A DNA stretch of 63,739 bases, the filler included, from Reticulomyxa filosa (Eukaryota; Protista; Foraminifera): assembly GCA_000512085.1 (NCBI GenBank). It is 21 parts of 21 records of this genome, joined end to end, with 100 filler letters (N's around TTAATTAATTAA, not from the genome) between each part and the next. Parts side by side here need not be neighbours in the genome. Positions count along the whole stretch, not along the records: positions 50,235 to 54,498 come from ASPP01006798.1; positions 54,599 to 57,018 come from ASPP01021456.1; positions 57,119 to 59,344 come from ASPP01028315.1; positions 59,445 to 60,782 come from ASPP01014608.1; positions 60,883 to 61,955 come from ASPP01019305.1; positions 62,056 to 63,739 come from ASPP01033570.1; 15 more parts are not named here. One strand, 5' to 3'. Of this stretch, positions 53,017-63,739 are shown piece by piece. A program made the translations under genes and the position numbers. Every line of letters begins with the position of its first letter. Within the stretch, counting starts at the first letter, position 1. The notes beneath the pieces were generated by a model, which worked only from the letters and a program-made list of their open reading frames with translations, was not told where the DNA came from and did no database searches.

Positions 53017-54313
53017 ATGGGTGAATATGGGGATTGTATAGCTATGGATCGAGCTTTTGCACCTATTGTGATCCTATGTCTTAGTGCAAGCGTGCATTAT
53101 GTATTGTGTGTCGTTGTTTTTTGGAAATTTGGCAGTAATGTCTCCGTTTTCCTTTCTCTTCATGACACATATATATTTACTACTGCGCATTAACAAAAAA
53201 AAAAAAAATTGGACACAACGTGAAGACCACGGATATACGTCACTGTCTTCTGGACAGCCAGTGCACGTGTTTGGAACAGACGACGAAGACGAAGAGACTT
53301 GTCTGCATTGCTATTGTTGGATCAAAGCATCAAAAGGATTGTAGCTGTGGGGGTCTTTGTTTGCAGCGTCATCCAAGTTAAGCAACGCATGTGTTGCACA
53401 TTTACAATGTTTCTGTCCATATATTGCACATCCAAAAAACTTTCTCTCTGACAAACCATTCAAAACAATACCCAAGTTGGTGCTTGACTATTCTCAATTT
53501 TCGTCTTATGTCAACGATTTGGGGGGCTTTTTCACTTGGAAAACTTATCAATGCGCAGTTAACAGCAACAACAAAACAAAAATTATGTATTATATATACA
53601 TACATATATATGTATATATATAATATATAATTTTTTTTAATACTTAAAAAAAGAATTGTTTCTGTCCCCTTGGGATGCACTGTGAACATTGGTAAGGTTT
53701 TCATATTCACGAACAGTGGCAATTGGGTCCATTCTATAGCAGCAATATTTGCACTGTTTACGGCGGTGTTTATGCGCAGGTTTGATAAGGCACACCGTGA
53801 CTTGTTGCTCCTCATGCTCGGTGGTGAAATATTGTGCATTTGTGTATCGCCTTTGTTCGTCGCGCTGTTCACTCATTTAATCGCTGGAGTATTTACGTAT
53901 CCTTGGCTCTCTTTTCCCATTTTGGTTGTTGCTACTTTTTTGCTTGTTAAAGTTTTGACATTTTTTTTATTATTTAAAAAAACGATTTGTTTTTTTTTTT
54001 TTTTTAAGCTGTTAATATTTAAAAACAAATAAACAAATAACAATATAAACAATAAAATCGACCAATAAAGACAAATGAGAAAAGCATTCAGTTGTCCACA
54101 ACAACAATGGTCTTGGGGGCTGGAGTGTTTCTGTCAATGGTTTTGACTGTGTTGTTAGCAATTGTGGTGATGAATGCTCAGATTAAACTTTACGATGGCG
54201 AAACTTATTTGATGTCCGTCCAACGCACTATTACCCAACGCAAAGTTCACTCTTATTTTCAAAATATATCTTCATTTGATCGATGTTACACTCTCATTTG
54301 GCTTATTCTATGA
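53017..54313 (+). CDS. Multi-pass membrane protein of unknown function, multi-exon
   Basis: ATG at 53017; several hydrophobic exon segments (IVILCLSASVHYVLCVVVFG; IAAIFALFTAVF; LLLLMLGGEILCICVSPLFVALF; LGAGVFLSMVLTVLLAIVV) separated by GT-AG gaps. Confidence 0.65.
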
Positions 54314-55912
54314 TAACATCTGTAAAATGTTATTATTTATTATTATTTTCATTAATACTATTTTTGTGTTTTTTTATTACACATTGAACACTTTCTGAAA
54401 ATACTTTAAAAAAGTTAGCAAATTTCATTGTTACTACAAAGTCACGAGTGTAAGCTTTTTATCGAAAATTTTCAAAAATCAATAAAATATTCAAATTTNN
54501 NNNNNNNNNNNNNNNNNNNNNNNNNNNNNNNNNNNNNNNNNNTTAATTAATTAANNNNNNNNNNNNNNNNNNNNNNNNNNNNNNNNNNNNNNNNNNNNTT
54601 AGCGGTCGAATTGGTTGCGAGAACTTTTTTTTTTTAAATTGTCATGTTCCTTCTAAGGACTGTTGTTGGAAAAGATTTTTCCTGACAAATTCGATTCCTT
54701 GTCTGGATATGGACACTGGTCCTTTTCCTTTTTTGGTAGATCTTTTGGGAGAAAAAATTTCGTTCAATTTCTGTTCCCACGCGAAAGGGTTTGAAATAGG
54801 AATTAACGATCTCGAGCCTTTTAAAACGTATACAACGTATATACTTCTTTACCATTTATTATTTTCCTTCAAATTAATCAAGTTCAAAGAAAAAATTTTC
54901 TGAAAAAAACGATTCATGTTCAGGTAGAGATGTACATTCTCTTAGAAAAGATGAATTAATACATTTTAGATAAAATTTGATAAGTATTGACTGGCAGTGC
55001 ATAAATACAAGTGGTGCGCCAATAAGTGATAGTTACGAGCCTCTCAATGTCAATTTTAATTGTCCCCCATAAATTGTGAAAGTAGAATGTTTCGTTGCTT
55101 ATAATGACGAATTTGTAATTACCAAAATTTTTTATCATGTTTTATTACATGTTTCTGGAAGAAACTAACAATATCACACCAAACAAAGGTTAATTGTGAT
55201 GAGTGTTTAGATCTTTTGTTCCATTTGTTTATTAATTCAATTCATTTTATTTAGTAAAGCTATATTCTTCTCTACTTTAATGTATTACTGTAATCTATTT
55301 GAAAACTTCATATGTAAAAAACAACGTCTTAACTGATGTAGCGACACCACTTACATCACCATAGAACCGGTGTGACTCCAAATATTTCACTTTTCTTAAA
55401 AATTTACTTTCCCGCTTCAAATTCTCTACACTAAAAAAAGTCATAAACATCAGTGTTATCAAAGAATTTTATCTTTATGGATATTGCAAGCAAAACTATC
55501 ACATTTTAAAACAAATATATTGACAACAACAATGAAACTACAAAAGCGTTTCATTGCTTTCATCGTTTTTTCAAATTAATGTGCCTCACTATAAATCTAC
55601 TTCAAAAAAAATTGTGTTAATCCGCGATACTTCAAACTTTGAATTTACAGTTAGATCATCTCTACAATGAATAGATGGCGATTATTACACAATTCGTTCT
55701 AAACCTATCAAATTATGATTACACCTTATAGTTTATCACACTATTTTAGTGTAATAATTGGACTAAATATTCCTCCTGATGGGAACGCTGCCCAGTGAAG
55801 CAAAAGTTTACTAGTGAAACGTAGAACCAGGGCGTCCACAAAACAAAAAACTTGCGTTGTTTGTTGCCTTTCTTGTTGTCTTTTGAGTAGATTATTTGCC
55901 TACATACTAAAA

Positions 55913-56943
55913 ATGGTGGTTGTTCATTTAACTTCAGCCTACGGTTCAACCTCAGGGACCTCTACAGGACCTTCAGGACCTTCTGGTCAAAGCACTGCCA
56001 TCACTAAATTCAGTGTTTGGGCAACCAGTGACTACCTTTGTTCAGTATTTCTTTTTGTTTTTCGTGTTTTATTTTGTGATACAAAATAAATTATGAATAA
56101 AAAAAAAATGGATGGTTTTATTTAAATAAATAGGTGCATTCAAATTGTTTTGGGGGACAACAAATGTCGTTTATGGAGACAACAGTTAAAAAAAGAAAGA
56201 GAGAAAACATAAAATAATAATGCATTACAAAAAGAAAATCTTTGTAAACAACATAAAAGATCATGGAACGAAAACCACGGTTGAGTTAGGAACTGGTGAA
56301 TGGGTTTCTGCAATTTATGTGGATGTGGATAACCAAGGAATACTTCGAGGTATCAGCTTTGACAGCAACATTGTTCAACAAATTATGACTGTTGGATACA
56401 TCGGTTAGGACCTTCTTCTTCGAACAAAAATATTTTTTATGTACATATGTATGTGTACGTACTAGTGTCAGTACGTAAAACAAAGAGGGGGAAATTTTAA
56501 AAAATCTGGATTGAACGTATGTGTGTGTACGTATTGTATTTGATTGATTTGAATAGGTGATGGTCTTACAACGTTTCGTCGATGTTTACCGATTTCTTTT
56601 TATACGCTCTTACCTTTTGTTTTTTTTTTTTCCCTTAAAAAACAGAGTAATTAATAACTCGACGTATAAATGGACGGACATAATTGCGTATACCGGAACA
56701 TTAGGTGGTATCACAGTTGTGTGGGGAATAAAGTTTTATTACACTACTCCAACTTTCTCTGCAGTTGCAGATCTGGCTCTTCCTGCATTGGGACTTTTGG
56801 CTCATTCTGCTGTTGTGGCAAGTAGTATTTCTAAAGTGGGCGACCTGAGAACGCAATTAAGTATTGCTGCTCCAAGTTGCGATCCTCCTCAAGGAATTGA
56901 TCCACAAAAAGCGCAATTATGGTACCGAACTTTCCGTGCTCAA
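55913..56943 (+). CDS. Jacalin-like lectin domain protein, multi-exon, 3' end off contig
   Basis: AYG...ITKFSVWA...HGTKTTVELGTGEWVSAIYV...LRGISFDSN...YTG..VWGIKFYY follows the jacalin beta-prism pattern. Confidence 0.7.
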
Positions 56944-57419
56944 GTTTTGTGTGTGTGATTCTTATTTGGACTTTTCAGCAAGATTGAAAGAGAGAAAGGG
57001 AAGAGGAAAAAAAAAAAANNNNNNNNNNNNNNNNNNNNNNNNNNNNNNNNNNNNNNNNNNNNTTAATTAATTAANNNNNNNNNNNNNNNNNNNNNNNNNN
57101 NNNNNNNNNNNNNNNNNNAAGGGTATCGAGACAAGTGGTCATTCGATGAAATCATTTGCTGAAAACTAAAAAAACAAAAATATTTGTAATTATCAGTGGT
57201 AACGCATCACACTAAAATTAGAGAGTTACTTGTGCCCACAACAAAAAAAGGAAGATCTTTTGGAAAAAAATTCAGAACCGGGATGGAGCCCGGTTCCAAC
57301 TACCATTACATTGTGTTGGAAACAAACAAAAAAAAAAGGGGTGACCAGTGGGAAACATGAAAAAATTGGGATGTGTATTTCAAAAAGTGGGGAGGAGAGA
57401 CAAAGAAGACAAAAATAGA

Positions 57420-59019
57420 TTAATCGACGTCGAGAATATCTTGGTGATTGTGTTTTTCCTCTTGCACATGTGTTGATTCATTTTGAATAAATCCAAGATA
57501 TTCTTGTCTTTTCTTATTGGATTCGTTCTGATGTGCTTGAGACATTTGATCCAATTGATTGGCCACCATTAAAGCCTGCATGCCGGTGACGGGGTCAATC
57601 TGCACGCGTGCGGATTGGTTGACTTTTCGTTCATCTTCCGAACTTAGCACGTCGACCGTAGTTGTGGCAACGACCCGTTTTGCCAAGGCGCTGACGCCAA
57701 GTTTGTTCACATTTGCCGCTGTTGACGCTGTGTCGCTAACAATTGTACTAACGTCTTTTGCAACTGCATGAACTTCGTTCCCTTTTTTTTTTTTTTAAAA
57801 AAAAGGAGCCACACCAAAAGTTTAACACAACTCCATTTCTTTTTGTTTGAAAGTTGAAAAAAAAAGGGAAGAGAGAAAGAGAGAGAGAGTAGGAACCATA
57901 TTTATGTCCAACAACTTCCGCAGTCGCATTGGAGGCTTCTTTGATCACATGCACGCCAGCATTGACTGTCTCGTCAAACAGTGTAACCGCTCCGGCGATG
58001 GTAGATTTGACCACTTCTTTGGCCGCTTTGATTTTTGGATTGTCGGTCGCGGACACCATTTGTCCCATCTCAGTGTTCGACAATGATGCGCTAATTTGTG
58101 TAGACAATGTATTTGCCGCTGCGACTGCTCCAGTCACTAGAGCTGATGATACTGTCACTGCTGCTTTCCCTGCCAATTTTGCTATTTTTTTTTTTAAAAA
58201 AAAAATCAATGTTTAACACTCATAAAAAATTTATAATGTTCTTTTTAATTGTTTAAAACACCTTTGGCGATACTGGATTGCGTTGTCGAAGATACTTTTG
58301 TAGGCTGCTCATTTGGTACAATGCGCTCCTTCAATTTGTCACTTCCGATCTTAAGACCCGTTCCCGACTTTTCACTGACTAAGCGAATGCCTTGGACCAA
58401 CTTCACTGTTCCCAGTCGAATGTACTCTGCCAGTTTCAATCCAACCAACGCGACTTGGTCGGGCGGACCGCAATACAAGTCCTTGTTTTCGTTGTACTTT
58501 TCCAGCAACGAACAGCTGCCTTTGCCGTCTCTCATTTTCAAACTGCTGTATTCTTCGATTATCGCTTCCAATGACAATATCACGTCTTGGGGAATATTCA
58601 AATCTAGTATCAATCCATAGAATTCATGTGATCCACTAAACACGTAGTTTCGTGGGAATGTTCTCTTTTTTTTTTTTGTTTTTAGGTTTTAATTGTTTCA
58701 GCCGTATTGTGTGTCTTCGTTTTCTATTTTTTGTGATGTACAAATTTTTTCTTTCCTTCCATACCATCACAAGTGATTGCTTAGATAATACGTACGTAAA
58801 TTTTTTAGATTTGTCCGCCAGAGAGTCAAACACAAATATCACATAATCTTTTGAGGTTGGATGTGTAATTATTTTCATGCCACCTGCGTACAGTTGCTTT
58901 CTTTGATTGTTTTTCAACAAAAACCATAACACGTTTGAAATTTCTAGTATAAGCTCCGATTCTTCCTTCTTTTCTTCTGCTCCTGAAACAGGTGGAGCAG
59001 AATTGTTTGATGCTGACAT
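57420..59019 (-). CDS. Spartin/senescence-domain (ERD7-like) protein, four exons
   Basis: FYGLIL...LEAIIEEYS, LAEYIRLG, KLKERIVPNEQPTKVS, AGAVTLFDETVNAG...ATAEVVGHKYG match the senescence domain. Confidence 0.85.
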
Positions 59020-59840
59020 TTTATGTTGAATAATTAATTTGATTGATTAAGGAGCAAGGAGAAACAAAAAATTCTTACAAAGTTCTTCCTGGCTGTGACT
59101 GCTAATATCATTGATCTCTTCCGACACAGTTTTCGTACGCTATTGTTTCTGTTAACATGTTTTATTGCAAGTTATTTGAATATTTTTTTCTTCTACAATC
59201 TAAAACGGATATCGTTGCATACTACGGAGGAAAAAGAAACAGAATTTTCAAGACATTAAATAAGGTCGAAGAATAAAGGTATTTTTGTCCACAAACAAAA
59301 ATCAAAACTAGAGCATTAAATTTCGACATTTTGGAGAGAACATGNNNNNNNNNNNNNNNNNNNNNNNNNNNNNNNNNNNNNNNNNNNNTTAATTAATTAA
59401 NNNNNNNNNNNNNNNNNNNNNNNNNNNNNNNNNNNNNNNNNNNNTCTTTATATACATATATTTATATATAAATATATGTATATAAAGAAATTAACTTTTG
59501 ATAACCATAACGACAAAGGTCTTTTCATCCGATTCACTCATAGAACCAGTGACAACTCCGATGGACCAACACAGAGACTTGCCCTTTTAAATAAAATTAT
59601 GGAATTATTCAGTTTTTTGCAGGGAACTTGATGTTAATAATGTCATAGTCTGTGGAATTAAAGATTTTTACTTCTACCAATACAAAAACGGGAATTTGGA
59701 AAAAAAGTAAGTTGTCAAATTTCAGTATGTACGGTGTTCACAAAAAACAAAAAATTGGAGAGAAAATTTAAAAAAAATAGAATTTTACCATCACATTCTC
59801 AATCTGACGGTCTAATCTTCCTCCACATCATACTATCACA

Positions 59841-60690
59841 ATGTTACGTGTATCGCGTTGGGCCGTGGCCTTACTTGTACTGTTGATGTGCAGTAGTAGC
59901 TGGGAATGTGCAAGTGGTTGCACAATGAACGAAGATTGTGGGACAATGACAAAGTATAAAGTGTGTTCAAATCACGAATGTGTGCCTTGCACAACGAATA
60001 GTAATTGTACGATAAACAAGCACGACGAATGTGACAAAGATAGTGGTCATTGTGAGTTGGACACATTATTTGAAAACTATGACGTACATAAAGCAGCGAC
60101 ATCAGTATTGATATTCCTTGGATCAGTGGTGGCTGCTGGAGGAGGATTAGGAGGAGGAGGCGTGTTTATTCCGATATTCATTCTTGTTGGTGGTAAGTGG
60201 ACGTTTTTTTTTTTTTTTTTTTAAATTATAACTGATCGATTTTCTTTTGCCTAAAATTAACCACCTTTTTTTTTTAAAAAAAAAAAAAAAAAAAGGATAT
60301 GATTCGAAATCAGCATCAGGCTTATCATTGGCGACAATATTTGGAGGAAGCATAGTGAACCTAGTGATGAACTTTTTGCAACAACACCCCAATCGTAGAC
60401 ATCGCACATTGGCAGACTTGCAAACGATTTTGATTATGGAGCCGATGTTGTTGGCCGGCACAAGTATTGGCGTGCTGTTGAATGTGATTTTGCCTGGTCC
60501 AATCCTGTTGGCCTTGCTTGTCACCGTGTTGGGTTACGTCACGTATCGCACCACCAAAAAAGGAATAGAAATGTGGAAGCAAGAGAATGAAAAGCGCAAA
60601 ATTGAACAAGAAAAGCAAAGAAAGAAAGACGCCCAAGATACAGCTTCGCAGTCGTTATTGAACAGTGTGGAGCTTACACAATTTAAAACT
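59841..60690 (+). CDS. TauE/SafE (TSUP) family transporter, 5' part, with signal peptide and Cys-rich N-terminus; intron 60193-60295
   Basis: GSVVAAGGGLGGGGVFIPIFIL, ASGLSLATIFGGSIVN...HP, IMEPMLLAGTSIGVLLNVILP. Confidence 0.9.
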
Positions 60691-61199
60691 AATAATTACA
60701 GTTTGACGTGTATATACAATATATGTATATATTATATACTATATATATTATATATAATATATATAATATATATAATATATATNNNNNNNNNNNNNNNNNN
60801 NNNNNNNNNNNNNNNNNNNNNNNNNNTTAATTAATTAANNNNNNNNNNNNNNNNNNNNNNNNNNNNNNNNNNNNNNNNNNNNAAAAAAAACTCCATTTTA
60901 TGTCCTGCATCCAGAAAACAATGTCAAAGATTGAAGTCAATCTGTCAAGACGCGACAAGAAAGTTATTGAACGGAAAGAACAGAAATTGGTCGAGAAAAG
61001 CAAAAGAATCACAAGCTTGCCCCAGGACAATTACAACGACGAGTACAACAACAAATGAACCAGCAACATAGAAAATGATCAATGAACGAATTCGAAAGCT
61101 CAACTGCTGGAGCAGAACCTCCACGCAGTTCAACCACATATCTGTCTCCTTCAGGAGTTCCAGAATATGTACAATCAATTCTGGAAATAAGCTGCCCAA

Positions 61200-61955
61200 T
61201 GGAGCTGGTCTCCTAAACAATTCAGGTTGGTTGAACTCTGCTTGGAATCTTGCACTCTTTGCCACTGCGTCAGCCAGGAATACCAGAATGTCCTTTGATC
61301 CAATAGGAAATTTTACTTCAATCCATTGCGATTGAGATGGATCTTGTATAACTCCAATACCTGGATCTGGCTTGCTACCATCCGCAAATATCACAGTTGT
61401 TCTTTCATCCAAAGTATTTAGTATCTCTTCTTGTGTTGGTTTCATTCACTTCCCAAATGGAGACTTGGTTGGGTGTGGCAATCGTGCGATCTGCATTGGC
61501 AATTTGCTCTGGTGTGGATATTGATCAGGCTTTGCGCTGGAACTCCAACTTCAGACGCATGAATATATGCTCTTGATAGTGTAGATAACTTTCCTCTCCA
61601 ACTTATTTTTACATCACTTTCAATATCGTGGTTGCTTCTCCACAATTGATATGCCATTGTCAAATTGTGATACAATTTCACTTCTTGTTGCCTTCGAAGT
61701 TCCAGAGGTGGAATCTGTGATATCACATTTACTGTGTCGTATGCTGTCGATTGCATCACTCCAAGTATCCTGCACACTGCAATTCTTTGTATCCTTTCAA
61801 GTCTTTTCTTGTGAGATTCTGCTGCTCCATTCCAGAATGCACAGTCATATTCCAGCGATGGCCTAATAATTGTTGTGTACAATAAATTATAAACATGCAA
61901 ACTTGGTCGAATTCCTTTGTTCGAGCACAGGAATGTTAAATATCCAAGTTTCTTT
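61200..61955 (-). mobile_element. Degenerate non-LTR retrotransposon fragment: RT C-terminal region and start of RNase H
   Basis: LYTTIIRPSLEYDCAFW...LERIQRIA..RILG..STAY...IPPLELRR (LINE-type post-RT region); TVIFADGS (first RNase H motif); frame breaks. Confidence 0.85.
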
Positions 61956-63739
61956 NNNNNNNNNNNNNNNNNNNNNNNNNNNNNNNNNNNNNNNNNNNNT
62001 TAATTAATTAANNNNNNNNNNNNNNNNNNNNNNNNNNNNNNNNNNNNNNNNNNNNTTGCAACGTCCTGAACGAAATTGATAAATACTATGTTTCAACTCG
62101 TACTGCCTTTATGTGGCGAGTTTTAAAAGGGATATTGCAAAATGATCAAAGAAGTAAATTAGTAAACGTAAGCACAAGTGGGGAATAAAGAAATTTTGAA
62201 CGCAAGCTCCCCGACTTATTTGACAAATTCGCACAGAAAAGAAATTCATACATTCATCTTAATAATTTATTTTCGGATTATTTTTGTCCAATTACAATTA
62301 GTTTTTGTTACATGTACGTCAATTTTGGAAAATAAAAGTACATCAGAGGCAACAAGTTATTATCGTTTCATTACCATTAATAGAAAGAGATAGGTGTTGC
62401 TTTTTCATAATAAAATACTCAAACAATGTTCATAGTTACTGATTTTGCTACGAGTCTAATTCCAGTTTAAGATACCCATACAATAGCCCAACGCAGCAAC
62501 CTTCATTACATCATTAAAATAATACCAAATTAATATCTTTCATTAATTTATCTTCGAGCTGTTGCACGTAACGGCGAGTATCATCACAAATCTTTTAATA
62601 ATAAATACAATTATGTATTTACATAAAAATTTCAGGCCAAGCAAAGTCCAATTAATATACGTAATGGCCGAGTCATGGATAAAAAAGAAAACAGTAATAA
62701 TCCAATTACTCATAGTAAAATGAACAAGTAACAACAAAACTCACCACCTCAACAAGAAAAACAAAAAAATTTATTGTTCTGTGGATATCATTTCAGTGAG
62801 ATTAATACCATAGCCCATTAGAGACACCGCAATAGAATATGCAATTTTGCTGCTAGCTCATTACACGCGATTTGAACGAATTGTCTCTAATTGGCAAATT
62901 GTAAGGGAGAATTGAAAGACACAGAACTGATATATCAACAATATTGATATTTCAAATAAAGACAAGACGATAAAAAATGTGCAAGATTTTTGTTGTTACA
63001 CATCGCCTCATTCTCACACCACACACCCTCTCCTCCTCAAGCACACAAAGTATAGTTTTAAGTTTGCTCGTGATCGGTTGTGATATTTGAAACCGCCTTG
63101 AAAAACAAAACAAACAAAAAAAAACAAACAAAAAAAACAAAAATGCGAGTTTGCAAAGATAAAAAGTACTACACTTCACACAGTTACACAACTTTTTATT
63201 CACAAGCAAAACGTAAAACACAACAATACGAACACATTTACGCATTTTGCAACTGATCCAAAAAATCAGCGCAAAGAAAAATATGTCATTTAACGAAAAG
63301 AAGAGAGGAAGAAAGGAAAAAAAAGAACATTGCAGTCAATGGGTTAAAAAGAGAAAGAGAAAAAAAAAACAACGTATTTTTGCAATAGAAATTAGAGATT
63401 CCATCAACCCAGAAGAACATTGGAACCCAAATCAACGTTAATAATGATAACAATAAAAAATTGACACTTAAAACATCCAAATATTTAAATTTGGACTTGT
63501 AAAACAAAGTATTAAAAAAGATGGTTGTCGTGTAATTAATATTTTTTGTATCGAAAAGAGAAAAAAAAATAGTGATTTGCCTCAAACATCTATGAGAGGT
63601 AACGGATAGTAGGTACTCCATTGAGGTTTTACGTTTGAAACCGAATTCCATTCGTTCGCCAATTTTTTCAAATGGGTCAGCTCTTCACAAGAGGATAGCC
63701 ACGGGTGTTTCAATGCAAGCTTTTTTCCAAAAAAAAAAA

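Noticed and set aside
1-63739. Operon-like or functional clustering of genes across the window
   Set aside because: Genes lie on separate contigs, so adjacency across linkers is arbitrary.
62056-63739. Short hydrophobic ORFs in the last contig
   Set aside because: No motif; consistent with AT-rich non-coding or decayed DNA.

Overview
This window is not one locus. It is 21 short, AT-rich eukaryotic contigs joined by 20 identical 100-bp artificial linkers (N44-TTAATTAATTAA-N44), so neighbourhood across a linker carries no meaning. The genes have short GT-AG introns. The expanded WD40/Kelch families resemble those I recall from the foraminiferan Reticulomyxa filosa; this attribution is inference, not a database result. 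Recognisable genes or fragments: ankyrin protein, class I glutamine amidotransferase, 5'-truncated malic enzyme, VMP1, five beta-propeller genes, bromodomain protein, HAT1, a mucin/TSP1 surface protein, cytoplasmic dynein-2 heavy chain, a TLDc protein, PDH E1-beta, threonyl-tRNA synthetase, a jacalin-like lectin, a spartin/senescence-domain protein, a TauE/SafE transporter and a decayed non-LTR retrotransposon. The strongest lead is a ~34-aa 'IIxHWxR...GWIxDFxKxVxxY' module encoded on its own 102-105-nt exon. It is attached to WD40 propellers in three genes and bridges a Kelch and a WD40 propeller in a fourth, which suggests an expanded adaptor-plus-variable-propeller receptor family. Other leads are a STAND/NLR-like WD40 tail, a TLDc domain split by a ~350-aa insert, splice acceptors with poly-A tracts and AAG ends, and a decayed dispersed repeat family. 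Many frameshifts lie in homopolymers and may be sequencing errors. Exon boundaries were read by eye.
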